From an uncultured Rhodothermales bacterium (GTDB lineage Bacteria; Bacteroidota; Rhodothermia; Rhodothermales; VXPQ01): DNA of 64,000 nt. The stretch's first letter is position 1; each line of letters opens with the position of its first letter. The position numbers and the translations under genes are program-made. Location: assembly GCA_965651265.1 (NCBI GenBank), contig CBFGRV010000017.1, positions 358 through 64,357 of the forward strand. The letters are read 5' to 3'. The notes under the pieces were generated by a model that made no database searches, was not told where the DNA came from, and was given only the letters and a program-made list of their open reading frames with translations. Shown one piece after another: positions 51,338 to 62,250 of this stretch.

Positions 51338-52896
51338 TGGGACGGCTGCACGATAGACCTGGCGGGCAGGCTGTCCGCCCAAACACCATCTTCGGATCTC
51401 ACCTCTTTCGTGTAGTGCGGAGAACAGATGTGGACGGTGGGCCGGTCCGACGCTTTTTGCGAGTGGCGACTGCCGTTTTGGTCGTGATCGGGTGGGTGGG
51501 TAGCGTGCCGCCCGCATGGGCACAGGCGCCGGTGCCGACGATCGAGGACGCCGAGACCATCTTCGCACAGGCGCTGGAAGCCTTCGAGGAAGGGGACTAC
51601 GGGATGGCCTATCGGCGCTTCCGTCTGGTCTTTCGGACCTATGACGTCAACAGGAAGACGACGGCGGCGATGCTCATGGCCGGAAAGTCGCTGTACCGCG
51701 ACGGCCAGTTCGAGGAGGCCATCGACGTGCTCGACGAGCTCATCGACCGATACCCCACAAGCGGTTACCTCGCCGAGGCGCGGCGCGTCCGGCGACTCGC
51801 CGAAGAAGCCCGCGACGGGGCCGGAGGCGATCGGCGCGTGCGAACCATCGGCATCATTCTACCGATCGACGGAGATCATGCTACGCTCGCGCAGGCCCTT
51901 TTCACCGGAATTCGCATCGCCATCGACGAGCACAACCTGCTCAATCCGAACGATCCCATCCGCATGGTCTTCCGTAATACGGGTGCCGATGCCTCCCGCG
52001 CCGCGGAGCGCGTGTTGGAGCTCGCGGGTGAGGGCGCCGAAGCCATCATCGGCCCTCTGTACAGCCCCGAGGCGCAGGCCGCGGCGCAGGCCGCCGATCG
52101 CGCCGGTGTCGTGCTGATCCCCCCGCTGGCCAACGACGAGGCCGTGTCGCAAGGGCGAACCTACGTGTTCCAGGCCAACCCGACGATCTCGATCCGCGGA
52201 CGGCTCATGGGGCGCTTCGCGATGCGCGGCCTGAGACTCGACGACTTCGGCATCATCGCCGAGCGGGATCGCGATCAGATCAGCGAGCGGATGGCCGAGG
52301 GTTTTCAGGATGAGGTCATGCTCCAGGGCGGGACCGTCCACTACTACAAGGTCTTCTCGTCGCGCAACGACTGGGAACAACTTCCGGACCTCATCGGCGC
52401 CGACACCGTGTCGATGGCCCGAGCCGTGTACATGCCCATCGGCGGCGGCGAAACGATCGCCCGCGTCGATGCGGCGCTCACGAGCCTCGATCGGATGGGC
52501 CTGGCCGGCCGCATACGCGTTCTCGGAAATACGGAGTGGCATCGACTACCCAGCGCCGCCAAGGCGTCCCGCTACGAAACCACGTATAGCAGCGACTTCC
52601 ACGTCGATGAGGAAGACGCATCCGTGATCGCGTTCATGGAGACATTCGCCGAGATCAACGGCGAGCGGCCGAACCCCGATCAGACCATCGGGCGCCTCGC
52701 GTTCAGCGGATACGATGTCGCGCGATTTCTCATCCCGCAAATGCTGGGCGACGATTCTCGTCCGCTGCACGAGCGCATCCGAAACGCTCCCGAATATCAG
52801 GGACTCGGATTGCGCATCGGCTTTGACAATTCGAACGTCAACCAGGCCCTCTATTTCTTCCGCTTTCGCGACGGTCGCGTCAGCCTCATCCGATAG
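51328..52896 (+). CDS. TPR plus type-1 periplasmic-binding-fold protein (LivK/LpoA-like)
   Basis: Hydrophobic anchor [23 protein letters not shown]-like segment ([19 protein letters not shown]...[18 protein letters not shown]), then a PBP1-like body ([25 protein letters not shown]...[14 protein letters not shown]). The start is uncertain; the first in-frame ATGs at 51328-51339 overlap the guaA stop. Confidence 0.7.
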   Translation: MGMMGRLHDRPGGQAVRPNTIFGSHLFRVVRRTDVDGGPVRRFLRVATAVLVVIGWVGSVPPAWAQAPVPTIEDAETIFAQALEAFEEGDYGMAYRRFRLVFRTYDVNRKTTAAMLMAGKSLYRDGQFEEAIDVLDELIDRYPTSGYLAEARRVRRLAEEARDGAGGDRRVRTIGIILPIDGDHATLAQALFTGIRIAIDEHNLLNPNDPIRMVFRNTGADASRAAERVLELAGEGAEAIIGPLYSPEAQAAAQAADRAGVVLIPPLANDEAVSQGRTYVFQANPTISIRGRLMGRFAMRGLRLDDFGIIAERDRDQISERMAEGFQDEVMLQGGTVHYYKVFSSRNDWEQLPDLIGADTVSMARAVYMPIGGGETIARVDAALTSLDRMGLAGRIRVLGNTEWHRLPSAAKASRYETTYSSDFHVDEEDASVIAFMETFAEINGERPNPDQTIGRLAFSGYDVARFLIPQMLGDDSRPLHERIRNAPEYQGLGLRIGFDNSNVNQALYFFRFRDGRVSLIR

Positions 52897-53020
52897 ATGG
52901 GGCTGCCGTTCCGGGCGGCATGCACATCCTGTCCGTCGGACTGCAGGGGGCCATGCACAATCGGAACAGCCGAATAGGGGGGACGTACTTCCGCAGGACT
53001 TTACAGGCACCTCTTCCTCT

Positions 53021-53830
53021 ATGCTATTCCGGAACCCCGTCACTGCCGCTGTTCTAGCAGCCGCGATCCTGTTCTCGGCATGTTCCGGCAGCGGTCGGGC
53101 TCGCTACGACTCGCCGCAAGAAGCGTACGAACGTGGTCTGGCGCTGTACGAACGTGGCCGTTACGACCGCGCCGCGGAGTATTTCCAGGGTGTTTTCGAC
53201 TATGGTCGCACCAGCGAAGTGGCCGCCGATGCCCAGCTATATCTGGCACGGTCGTACTACAACAACGGGGATTACATACTCGCCGCCAGCGAATTCACCC
53301 GTTTCATCGCCACGTTCCGCACCGATCCTCGCTCGGAGGAAGCGGAATTCGAGCGCGCCATGTCCTATTACATGATCTCGCCGGCTTACGAGCTCGATCA
53401 GTCCAACACCCGGCAGGCCATCCAGTACTTTCAGCTCTTTCTGGACCGCTATCCTCAATCCGAGTTGGCCGATGACGCAGAGGCCCGCATTCGAGAGCTT
53501 CGAGGAAAGCTGGCCCGCAAGGAGCTCGAGGCCGCCCGGCAGTACGAGGGGCGCGAATTGTTTGAAGCCGCCGCGTTGACGTACGAAAACGTATTCGATA
53601 CGTATCCGGATACGCCCTGGGCCGATGATGCACTTTTCGGCGCGATACGCTCCTACGTGGCATTCAGTGAGCGCAGCGTTCTCTCTCGGCAGCCGGAGCG
53701 CCTCCAGGCTGCCGTGAATAACTACGATCGTCTCGTACAGCTCTTCCCGGACAGCCCTCTCATCAAGGAGGCCGAGAGCTACTATCGCCGCGCCGTGGCC
53801 GCCCTGGAGGCGCTCGAGGAGAGCGTTTAG
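53021..53830 (+). CDS. bamD: Outer membrane protein assembly factor BamD
   Basis: Lipobox [13 protein letters not shown]-type repeats include [24 protein letters not shown] and the YfiO-like [21 protein letters not shown] at 53021. Confidence 0.85.
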   Translation: MLFRNPVTAAVLAAAILFSACSGSGRARYDSPQEAYERGLALYERGRYDRAAEYFQGVFDYGRTSEVAADAQLYLARSYYNNGDYILAASEFTRFIATFRTDPRSEEAEFERAMSYYMISPAYELDQSNTRQAIQYFQLFLDRYPQSELADDAEARIRELRGKLARKELEAARQYEGRELFEAAALTYENVFDTYPDTPWADDALFGAIRSYVAFSERSVLSRQPERLQAAVNNYDRLVQLFPDSPLIKEAESYYRRAVAALEALEESV

Positions 53831-53902
53831 GGCACGCATCATCACATCGGCGGAAACGCGAGACGCTATGCGCCCGACATCGAATCATCGGATGCTTGAA
53901 GC

Positions 53903-54541
53903 GTGACGGACATTCCGCCGGCCGCCGGCCTTCGCTACGACTCCACGTACCCGCCGGGTGCACGCATCGGGTTTTTCGGAGGATCCTTCAACCCTCCTCA
54001 CGTCGCCCATCTGATCGTGGCCGAAATGGTCAGGGAGCAGTTTAGTCTCGATGAGATTCTGTGGGTGCCGAACCGCCAATCGCCATTCAAGGAGGCGGCC
54101 GACCTCGCCTCGCCGGAAGATCGACTCGAGATGACGCGGCGTACGGTGGCGCTTCACGAGGCCTTCCGGGTTAGCGATCTGGAGCTTCGGCGTCCCGGTC
54201 CGTCGTATACCAACGATTCGATCCGTTCACTGCAAGAGTCGAGCCCAGGGGCCACGTTCTTCCTCATCATCGGCAGCGACAGCCTCGCCGGATTCGGGGG
54301 TTGGCGCTCGCCGGATGAGATCGTCCGTCGCGCGCCCCTGATCGTCTACCCGCGCCCTGGTTACGAAGACGAAAAGGGTGCTCCCGAATTCCGCTCTCGC
54401 ATGCAGTTTGCGGATGCACCTCTCCTGGACATATCCGGCACGGTCATTCGGCAGCGCCTGCAGGAACGGCGTACCGTGCGGTTTCTGGTCCCCGAGCAAG
54501 TTCACGAATTCATTCTGGAGCGAGGGCTCTATCGGAAATGA
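53903..54541 (+). CDS. nadD: Nicotinate-nucleotide adenylyltransferase
   Basis: IGFFGGSFNPPHVAHL and ISGTVIRQRL. GTG start. Confidence 0.9.
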   Translation: MTDIPPAAGLRYDSTYPPGARIGFFGGSFNPPHVAHLIVAEMVREQFSLDEILWVPNRQSPFKEAADLASPEDRLEMTRRTVALHEAFRVSDLELRRPGPSYTNDSIRSLQESSPGATFFLIIGSDSLAGFGGWRSPDEIVRRAPLIVYPRPGYEDEKGAPEFRSRMQFADAPLLDISGTVIRQRLQERRTVRFLVPEQVHEFILERGLYRK

Positions 54542-56100
54542 ATCTCCAGGGGATGACCTTGCATGAGCGAGCGGCCCAGCTTATGTTTCCGCGCCTCGGC
54601 TCCAACATGCCGCCTCCGGTTCGCGTATCCGAGGACCTCGATCGGTTCGAGAAGCTGCTCGATGCATGCCCTGTTGGCGGGCTGATTCTCTTCAACGGCG
54701 CCCATCCGTCCACCCGAGAAGCGCTGTCCCGGCTCCAGCGAAACAGCCGCGTACCGCTACTTGTCGCCTCGGACATCGAGCGAGGCGTGGGTCAACAGAT
54801 TCGCGGTGCCACGGTCTTCCCGCACGCGCGCGCCTACGCCGCCGCCGGCTCGGAGGAGCTTCTCGAATCATCCGCCCGTGCGCAGGCCCGCGAGGCGCTG
54901 GCGAGCGGCATCCACATCACATGTTCGCCGGTGGCGGACGTCAACCGTGATCCACGCAACCCGATCATCGCGACGCGCGCGTTCGGCGCCGATCCTCACG
55001 AAGCCGCCCGATACGTTCGTGCGTTCATCCGCGGGACTCGGGCGGAGGGCCTCCTGACCACCGCCAAGCACTTCCCCGGCCACGGCAATACGAGCCAGGA
55101 TTCGCACTCCGAGATCCCCGTCGTCAGGGCGGACCGCGACGAGATGGAAGCCTTCGATCTGCTCCCATTTCGTGCGGCGATCGACGAGGGCGTCGATTTG
55201 GTCATGACGGCCCACGTCATCTATCCGGCTCTCGACCCGGAGCGGCCGGCCACGCTGTCGCCGGCCATCTTGCGAGATCTTCTCCGCGATGAGATGTCCT
55301 TTCGCGGCGCCACCATCACGGACAGCCTGCTCATGGGAGCCATCCGAAACTCACATCCGGATGCCGGAAGCCAGGCTGCGGCTCTGGTCGCCGCGGGTGT
55401 GGACATCCTCCTGGATGTCCCCGATCCCATCGCTGCGGTGGATGGCATCGTGAACGCCGTGGACGAGGGCGTGCTCGAGGAGGAGATCGTCGACGCGGCG
55501 GTCGCGCGAGTCCTCGGTCTGAAGAAGCGTTTGATCGACAGGTTCGGCGGGGATATCTTTGGCGCGCCTGAGACCTTGTTCGATGCCGATCCGATAGGCG
55601 CTGCGTCAACGCGCGATCTCGCCCATCGCGTGGCGTACTCGGCCCTCGATGTGGTCGGCGGGTCGGGGGGCGTGCTGCCGTTGAAGGAGAAAGGAGAAGA
55701 CATCCTTGGCGTACTCATCAAGCCGCACACAACCCGGCTGGATCCTGAAGAGGAGCCCTTCGGGGAAGCTTTCAGACGCGCTTTCCCGGGAGCGCGCTAC
55801 CGTCAGGTCGGACCGGAGGCGACGGAGGCAGAGCTCGGGGACATCCGATCGCTCGCCGAGAGCAGCCGGATCGTTGTCCTCGCGCTGGTCGTGAAACCTG
55901 CTGCCTGGCATGCCTTCGGCCTGCTCCCGGAGCAGCACCATCTGGCTGCGGAGCTCGTTGCCCGGCATCGGACGATCGTCGTCGCTCTCGGAAGTCCCGT
56001 CGTACTCGACGATTATCCCGCAGCCGCGTTACGACTGTGTGCGTACAGCGACGTCGAGGTCAGCCAAGAGGCTGTCGTCGCGTTCCTTCGCGGCACCTAG
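54538..56100 (+). CDS. Glycoside hydrolase family 3 protein (beta-N-acetylhexosaminidase-like)
   Basis: KHFPGHGNTSQDSHSEIP and ITDSLLMGAI. Its start overlaps the nadD stop by 4 nt. Confidence 0.85.
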   Translation: MNLQGMTLHERAAQLMFPRLGSNMPPPVRVSEDLDRFEKLLDACPVGGLILFNGAHPSTREALSRLQRNSRVPLLVASDIERGVGQQIRGATVFPHARAYAAAGSEELLESSARAQAREALASGIHITCSPVADVNRDPRNPIIATRAFGADPHEAARYVRAFIRGTRAEGLLTTAKHFPGHGNTSQDSHSEIPVVRADRDEMEAFDLLPFRAAIDEGVDLVMTAHVIYPALDPERPATLSPAILRDLLRDEMSFRGATITDSLLMGAIRNSHPDAGSQAAALVAAGVDILLDVPDPIAAVDGIVNAVDEGVLEEEIVDAAVARVLGLKKRLIDRFGGDIFGAPETLFDADPIGAASTRDLAHRVAYSALDVVGGSGGVLPLKEKGEDILGVLIKPHTTRLDPEEEPFGEAFRRAFPGARYRQVGPEATEAELGDIRSLAESSRIVVLALVVKPAAWHAFGLLPEQHHLAAELVARHRTIVVALGSPVVLDDYPAAALRLCAYSDVEVSQEAVVAFLRGT

Positions 56101-56151
56101 AACACCGACAATGCCGAACCGCCCCTCACACAAGCTCTTCACCTGCGGTCC

Positions 56152-57573
56152 GTGGACTGGATAGTACTTCTTCCGCCTATCGTCGCGATCGTCCTCGCGA
56201 TGTGGACGCGCCAGGTGTACCTGTCGCTACTCGCCGGGCTCTACATCGGCACGCTCATCCTCGCGGATTGGAACGTCTTTCGAGGGCTGGACGGGCTGAT
56301 CGAGCAGCTGGTCACCGTGTTCGGCGACGCCGGCAATACTAGGATCATCTTTTTCTGCCTCCTTGTCGGAGGATTGATCGCGCTCGTCCAGGTCTCGGGC
56401 GGCGTTGCCGGATTTGTGGGATGGGCGCAGCGCCGGGGGTGGGGCACGACCCGGCGCGGCGCGGAATTGCTGGCCTGGACCGTGGGGATGCTGATCTTCG
56501 TCGAATCGAGCATCACCTCCCTCACCGTCGGTGCCGTGAGCCGTCCGTTCTTCGACAAGTTGAAGCTGGCTCGCGAAAAACTCGCCTTCTACTGCGACTC
56601 CACCAGCGCCCCCGTATGCATGACGATCCCATTGAATGGATGGGGCGCCTATGTGCTGGGGCTGCTAGCCGCTCAGGGCATCTCGGATGGCGCCGTCCAA
56701 ACGCTCATCGGCGCGCTGGCCTTCAATTTTTACAGCCTGCTTGCCATCCTGTTTAGCCTCGTGCTCGCCCTCACGGGGTGGGGATTTGGCCCCATGCTCC
56801 GCGCCGAACGCCGTGCACTAACGACGGGAGACGTCATCCGTCCGGGATCCCACCCACTCATTTCAGAAGAAGTCGCCGACGTGCAGCCGGTCGAGCACGC
56901 ACCAAACCATGCGATTGATCTCGTCATACCGCTGCTGGTGATGGTGTTGATGATCTTCGTCGGGCTCTACATCACGGGAGGTGGCAGCATCATGGCGGGG
57001 AGCGGATCGACATCCGTGCTCTGGGCCGTGGGGTCGGCTGTGATCGTTGCCGCCATCATGTATGCCATCCCACGGGGCGGGCGACAGATACTTTCGATTG
57101 GCGAATCCATGGACTGGGTGATGAGGGGCTCCGCGGGGCTGGTGGGCGTGACGTTTCTGATCGTGCTGGCTTTCGCACTCGGGCAGGTTGCGCGTGAGCT
57201 CGAGGTGGGACCCTACGTCATCGGACTGCTGGGCCCAAACGTACCCACGTGGTGGCTGCCGGCGGCCGTCTTTCTGATTGGAAGTTTCGTCGCCTTCACA
57301 CTGGGCTCGTCCTGGACGACCTTCGCCATCCTTATCCCAATCGCCATGCCACTGGCGGATGGACTCGGCATTTCGGCTCCACTCATGCTGGGCGCCGTGC
57401 TGTCGGGTGGCGTGTTCGGCGACCACGCCTCACCGTTATCCGATACGACCATCATCTCCTCCATGGCGGCGGCCTGCGATCACATCGACCATGTAAACTC
57501 TCAGCTGCCCTACGCTGTGTTACTCCTCGTAGTATCGGCCATGGGCTACCTGGTTGCCGGATTTTTGGCCTGA
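56152..57573 (+). CDS. nhaC: Na+/H+ antiporter NhaC family protein
   Basis: 473-aa polytopic protein with a family-like N-terminus MDWIVLLPPIVAIVLAMWTRQVYLSLLAGLYIG and the segment GDHASPLSDTTIISS. Confidence 0.8.
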   Translation: MDWIVLLPPIVAIVLAMWTRQVYLSLLAGLYIGTLILADWNVFRGLDGLIEQLVTVFGDAGNTRIIFFCLLVGGLIALVQVSGGVAGFVGWAQRRGWGTTRRGAELLAWTVGMLIFVESSITSLTVGAVSRPFFDKLKLAREKLAFYCDSTSAPVCMTIPLNGWGAYVLGLLAAQGISDGAVQTLIGALAFNFYSLLAILFSLVLALTGWGFGPMLRAERRALTTGDVIRPGSHPLISEEVADVQPVEHAPNHAIDLVIPLLVMVLMIFVGLYITGGGSIMAGSGSTSVLWAVGSAVIVAAIMYAIPRGGRQILSIGESMDWVMRGSAGLVGVTFLIVLAFALGQVARELEVGPYVIGLLGPNVPTWWLPAAVFLIGSFVAFTLGSSWTTFAILIPIAMPLADGLGISAPLMLGAVLSGGVFGDHASPLSDTTIISSMAAACDHIDHVNSQLPYAVLLLVVSAMGYLVAGFLA

Positions 57574-57607
57574 TGGCCGCTTGTACGGCGTACTCCTTCT
57601 TCGTACG

Positions 57608-57853
57608 ATGGAGAAGTCGACCTCCTATCCGGGCCCTGCTATGTTCGGAAAACAAGCATTCGAATCCTGGACCATCATTCTCCTTACCGCTTTCGGATTC
57701 GGACTTTTGTTCGGCCTTGTGACATTCATGGGGGAAGCGATGTACGTCGGTGATCTTCAGGTGACGGGTGCCGCTTTCGGACTCGGAGTCGGTGCCGCCG
57801 TGGGATATGTAGCGGTGGCCGGCCTCGTTCGTCGCGACCAGAGTGAGCTCTAG
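57608..57853 (+). CDS. Small two-helix membrane protein, hypothetical
   Basis: 81-aa ORF with two hydrophobic segments (WTIILLTAFGFGLLFGLVTF and AAFGLGVGAAVGYVAVAGLV). No recognised family. Confidence 0.35.
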   Translation: MEKSTSYPGPAMFGKQAFESWTIILLTAFGFGLLFGLVTFMGEAMYVGDLQVTGAAFGLGVGAAVGYVAVAGLVRRDQSEL

Positions 57854-57930
57854 CAGGTTCGGGATCTGACGCAAATTTTCTCCGTACGCCTTTCTGGAAG
57901 CGGTTCCGGAAAAAGCAATCAAGAGGTCCC

Positions 57931-58764
57931 ATGTTCGAGGAGAGGTCCACGCCGGCTGCCAGAGAGGACGAGCGCTCTGCCTACGAAAAGGCTGGAGCGG
58001 AGGGCATCGACCCGCGCTGCATTCCGCAGAATCTGGATGGACCGCCGCCCGTCGGCGACCAAATACGGTATCCTGGCTATCCGGAAACCGACCACGAGAC
58101 GTGGCGGATGCTGGTCATGCGCCAGATGGATTTGTTGCCCGGCCGGGCCGGCGAAGCCTTTATGAGAGGTGTGGAAATGCTGGGACTCAGGTCCGAGCAC
58201 ATCCCGGCACTGAGCGATTTGAGCCGCCGGCTCGAAGAGGCAACCGGATGGCGAGTGGCTCGCATTCCCGGACTGCTACACGAGAAGGACTTCTTTCAGC
58301 TGATCGCGAATCGCACCTTTCCATCCACCGACTATATTCGCGGACGCGAGGAGATCGACTACACGCCGGCCCCGGATCTTTTCCATGACATCTTCGGCCA
58401 CATGCCGATGCTCACCCAACCCGATTTCGCTGACTTCTATCAACTATTTGGGCAAGCCGCACTCAAAGCTCAGGGTGCCGACCGGCCCCGGCTCGAGCGC
58501 TTCCACTGGTTTACCGTCGAGTTTGGATTGATTCGACAGGATGAAGGCATCCGAGTATTTGGCGCCGGCATCCTCTCGTCAATGAATGAGGTCACGCACG
58601 CGCTATCCGACGAAGTGATAATACACGAGTTCGATCCGGACAGCATCGTAGAGCAAGACTACGACGTCTGGCATCTGCAGGATGAGCTTTTCGTGCTCGA
58701 TTCCTTCGAGCAGCTAACCGACGGATTCCGCTCCTGGACGAGTCGAAAGGGTCTGCTTTCGTAG
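57931..58764 (+). CDS. phhA: Phenylalanine 4-hydroxylase (bacterial aromatic amino acid hydroxylase)
   Basis: Iron-ligand context PDLFHDIFGHMPML and FTVEFGLI. Confidence 0.92.
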   Translation: MFEERSTPAAREDERSAYEKAGAEGIDPRCIPQNLDGPPPVGDQIRYPGYPETDHETWRMLVMRQMDLLPGRAGEAFMRGVEMLGLRSEHIPALSDLSRRLEEATGWRVARIPGLLHEKDFFQLIANRTFPSTDYIRGREEIDYTPAPDLFHDIFGHMPMLTQPDFADFYQLFGQAALKAQGADRPRLERFHWFTVEFGLIRQDEGIRVFGAGILSSMNEVTHALSDEVIIHEFDPDSIVEQDYDVWHLQDELFVLDSFEQLTDGFRSWTSRKGLLS

Positions 58765-58819
58765 ATTCCGTCGCATCCGGCACACGGCATCGACGGAATC
58801 ATTCACCCGCTTGTCAGTG

Positions 58820-59107
58820 ATGGCAGAGTCAATCGAGCGCCTCGAAATTCGCGTAGAGGGGCGCGTACAGGGAGTCGGCTTTCGGCAGTTCACCGTACAG
58901 CAGGCGAGACGCCTCGGAGTAGACGGATGGGTCCGCAATGAGTCTGACGGCTCCGTTCAGATCGTTGCCGAGGGCCCACGCGAAGCCCTCGAACAGTTCC
59001 TCGAGCGGGTCTCGAGCGGTCCGGCCACGGCGCGCGTGGTTCAAACCCGAACGCACTGGATGCCGGCGACGGGCGACATTCGCGGTTTCGTAGTCCGCTA
59101 CTTCTAG
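58820..59107 (+). CDS. acyP: Acylphosphatase
   Basis: LEIRVEGRVQGVGFRQFTVQQARRLGVDGWVRNESDGSVQIVAEG. Confidence 0.9.
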   Translation: MAESIERLEIRVEGRVQGVGFRQFTVQQARRLGVDGWVRNESDGSVQIVAEGPREALEQFLERVSSGPATARVVQTRTHWMPATGDIRGFVVRYF

Positions 59108-59163
59108 GAGCCGCCGTATCGTTGCGCACTCGATGAAAGGACCCGTGCGCACAGCGAGATGGC

Positions 59164-61236
59164 CTAGTTCCCCGTCTCTGTACGCAGCGCGTCGGCGGCG
59201 GGGACGTGGCGGTACATCTTCTCGATGTACTCGGTCACCATCCGCTGCGCGCTGAACTTCGCTGGCAACTCCCGCATGGCATTGCGCATCCTTCGCAGCC
59301 AGAAGATCGGCAGCCCGCGATCGTCGCGCTCATAGAACGCCGGGATCACTCCATGCTCGAGGGTGGCGTACAGGCTTGCCGCATCGATGGCATCCTGATC
59401 GCTGGGATCTTCGCCATTCAACCCGAACTCCGATCCGATCGACCAGCCATTCAGGCCGTTGTACCCTTCCGGCCACCACCCATCGAGAATCGAAAGGTTG
59501 AGTCCACCGTGGACGGCAATTTTCTGCCCGCTCGTTCCACTGGCCTCCATGGGGCGGCGCGGATTGTTCAGCCACACATCGCAGCCCGAAATCAGCGCCC
59601 TGGCGATCTCCATGTTGTAGTTCTCGAGGAAAACGACGCGCCCTCGAAGATCCGGATGCTTCGCGGCCTCCACGATGCGCTGGATGAACCGCTTTCCACC
59701 CTCATCGGCCGGATGCGCCTTGCCGGAGTAGATGATCTGAACCGGTCGATCGGTTCTGCCCAGGATGGAAGCTGCACGCTGCAGGTCACTGAACAGGAGG
59801 GGCGCACGTTTGTAGGTCGCAAATCGCCGCGCAAATCCGATAGTGAGTGCATCCGGGTCCAGATCAACCTGCATCGGCAAGCTTTGCCGGGCTGCGTACT
59901 CCCGCGTAAATTTGATCAGCTGCCTGCGGAGTTCGTTGCGGTATTCCCACAGCTCTTCGTCCGGGATGTTGTCGATTCCGCGCCAGAAGCCTTCGTCGGT
60001 CACGTTGCTCTTCCAGTCGCCGAGCTTCTCATTTAAGAAGGCGCGTGCGATGGGTGCCGTCCACGAGGCCACATGGATCCCGTTCGTGATGTGTCCTATC
60101 GGAACCTCATCGAGCGACTTATCCGGGTAAAGCGCGTGCCATTGCGCGCGGGCAACCTCACCATTCAGCCGGGACACCCCGTTCGCGCTGCGCGACAACT
60201 TCAGACCCAGGACGGTCATCGTGAAGGCCTCTTCGTGATGGTGGGGGTGCACCCGTCCGTACGCGAGCAGATCGTGCTCCGAGATGCCGAGCTCCGCGCA
60301 AAAAATCCCCATCTGATCCAGAAAGAGGCCTGGTTCGAACCGGTCGTGACCGGCCATGACGGGCGTATGCGTCGTGAAGACGCAGTGATCTCGAACCCAC
60401 GTCTCTGCCTCTTCCCGGCTATCACCCGCCTGTAGGCGTTCGCGCATCAATTCCAGCGTGACGAAGGCGCAGTGACCCTCGTTCATGTGATACACATCCG
60501 TCTCGACGCCAAGCCGCCTCAGAAGCCGGATGCCACCAATCCCGAGGATGATCTCCTGACGGAGCCGAACCTTCCGATCCCCCTGATAAAGCCGCTTCGT
60601 GAGATCGCGCAGCTCGTCGCGGTTCTGTTCGATGTTCGCATTGAGCAGATACAGGTTGGTTCGACCCAATCGGATATGCCACGCCTGGAGGTACAACAGC
60701 TCGGAGCCGAGATGCACCGTCACCAGGAGCGGCTGCCCGTCCTCCTCCGTAACCAGCTCCATCGGATGATCTCTCGGATCGAGGGCGGGATGGTCGTCGA
60801 GCTGCCACCCATCAGGTGTGAAATGCTGCCGGAAATAGCCTTCCTCGAGAAGGAGTCCGACAGCCGTAAACGGCAAGCCGAGATCCGAGGCCGCTTTCGC
60901 ATGATCGCCGGCAAGCACACCAAGCCCTCCGGAATAGATGGCGAGGCTCTCGTGCAGTCCGTACTCCATGCAGAGATAGCTCACGCGCGGACCTTCACTG
61001 AATCTGCTGGGCCGACCTAGATAGTCCTGCAGTGCATCGAAGGCCGTGTCGATGTCGGCGGCGAGGGAGGGGTCGTCGATTTCGCGCGAGGTCATGGCGC
61101 GAAGCACCGCGACGGGATTGTTGTTGGAACGGCGAAGCGTCTCTTCGTCGATACGACGAAAAAGGTCGAGAACCTCAGGATTCCAGCTCCACCAAAGATT
61201 CAGCGCGAGAGTCTCGAGCTTCTGATATCTATTCAT
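59164..61236 (-). CDS. glgP: Alpha-glucan family phosphorylase (GT35)
   Basis: YLCMEYGLHESLAIYSGGLGVLAGDHAK and PLP-lysine context IYSGKAHPADEGGKRFIQ. 690 aa. Confidence 0.92.
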   Translation of the reverse strand: MNRYQKLETLALNLWWSWNPEVLDLFRRIDEETLRRSNNNPVAVLRAMTSREIDDPSLAADIDTAFDALQDYLGRPSRFSEGPRVSYLCMEYGLHESLAIYSGGLGVLAGDHAKAASDLGLPFTAVGLLLEEGYFRQHFTPDGWQLDDHPALDPRDHPMELVTEEDGQPLLVTVHLGSELLYLQAWHIRLGRTNLYLLNANIEQNRDELRDLTKRLYQGDRKVRLRQEIILGIGGIRLLRRLGVETDVYHMNEGHCAFVTLELMRERLQAGDSREEAETWVRDHCVFTTHTPVMAGHDRFEPGLFLDQMGIFCAELGISEHDLLAYGRVHPHHHEEAFTMTVLGLKLSRSANGVSRLNGEVARAQWHALYPDKSLDEVPIGHITNGIHVASWTAPIARAFLNEKLGDWKSNVTDEGFWRGIDNIPDEELWEYRNELRRQLIKFTREYAARQSLPMQVDLDPDALTIGFARRFATYKRAPLLFSDLQRAASILGRTDRPVQIIYSGKAHPADEGGKRFIQRIVEAAKHPDLRGRVVFLENYNMEIARALISGCDVWLNNPRRPMEASGTSGQKIAVHGGLNLSILDGWWPEGYNGLNGWSIGSEFGLNGEDPSDQDAIDAASLYATLEHGVIPAFYERDDRGLPIFWLRRMRNAMRELPAKFSAQRMVTEYIEKMYRHVPAADALRTETGN

Positions 61237-61363
61237 CGGGAAATTGTCCGCGTAGGCCGAGTAACTAAGAACGCCTCACCGGGTTGCCAGGCCAAAATGC
61301 ACAATATACACGCGGAGGCTTCAAACTCCTGCGAAGAATCGGACGAACAAGCATCGAGCTTAA

Positions 61364-62221
61364 TTGAGTAGGTCGCGAAGAAAAGTTCTTGAGGGGGCTA
61401 TCCGCCGACTCGAGCGCGCCGGTATTGAGAGCGCCCGGCGCAATGTCGAGTGGATGTTGTGCGAGGTGCTTCACTGCACCCGAGCCGATCTGTATGCGAA
61501 GTTCGATGAGCCTCTCCCCACGTCGCAGATGTCGGCCCTCGGCAAGATGCTCTCGCGGCGTGAGGCCCACGAACCCCTGCAGTACATCCTCGGCTATGCG
61601 GAGTTCTTCGGACTGCGAATCCGAGTAACGCCGGACGTTCTCATACCGCGTCCCGAAACCGAGCAGGTAGTCGAGAGCGCTCTCCGGGAGATTCGTTCAC
61701 ACGCCGCGCCTCGCGTACTCGACGTGGGCACGGGATCCGGCTGTATCGCACTCGCCATCAAATACACTCGTCCCGATGCATTCGTCTTAGGGTGCGATGT
61801 CTCGCCCGCCGCCATCGCGATCGCGGAGGAGAACGCAGCATCACTTGGGCTGGATGTTTCCTTCGTCCAACTGGATGCGCTCTCACCCGACTTCGGCGCG
61901 CAGGCGCCTGCGGAGCTGGATCTCGTCGTATCGAATCCTCCCTACGTCTCCGAAGCAGAGGCCGAAGACCTCCCCGATGAGGTGAGCCGCTACGAGCCGC
62001 ACATCGCCCTCTTCGCGCCGGACGATCCGCTCATTTTTTATGAGAAGATCTCCGCGGATGCGCGCCGACTCCTCCGACCCGGAGGCCGACTGGTCTTCGA
62101 GACGCACGCCGAATTTGGATCCTCCGCGGTGGGAGTCGTTCGAGAGGCCGGATTCGATGACGTCGAGCTGCGGCGCGACTACGCAGGCCACCCCAGAATC
62201 CTCATCGCCCAACGGCCATGA
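61364..62221 (+). CDS. prmC: Peptide chain release factor N(5)-glutamine methyltransferase
   Basis: VLDVGTGSGCIAL and the catalytic motif VSNPPYV. The only plausible start is the TTG at 61364, directly after an in-frame TAA, so the start is uncertain. Confidence 0.88.
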   Translation: MSRSRRKVLEGAIRRLERAGIESARRNVEWMLCEVLHCTRADLYAKFDEPLPTSQMSALGKMLSRREAHEPLQYILGYAEFFGLRIRVTPDVLIPRPETEQVVESALREIRSHAAPRVLDVGTGSGCIALAIKYTRPDAFVLGCDVSPAAIAIAEENAASLGLDVSFVQLDALSPDFGAQAPAELDLVVSNPPYVSEAEAEDLPDEVSRYEPHIALFAPDDPLIFYEKISADARRLLRPGGRLVFETHAEFGSSAVGVVREAGFDDVELRRDYAGHPRILIAQRP

Positions 62222-62250
62222 GGCTCGCCGCCCTTAGCCGCTACCGACTA

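Noticed and set aside
59123-59151. Hairpin TGCGCAC-(15 nt)-GTGCGCA between the convergent acyP and glgP genes, considered as a bidirectional terminator
   Set aside because: The stem is only 7 bp, the loop is large, and no U-tract follows on either strand. The evidence is too weak to annotate.
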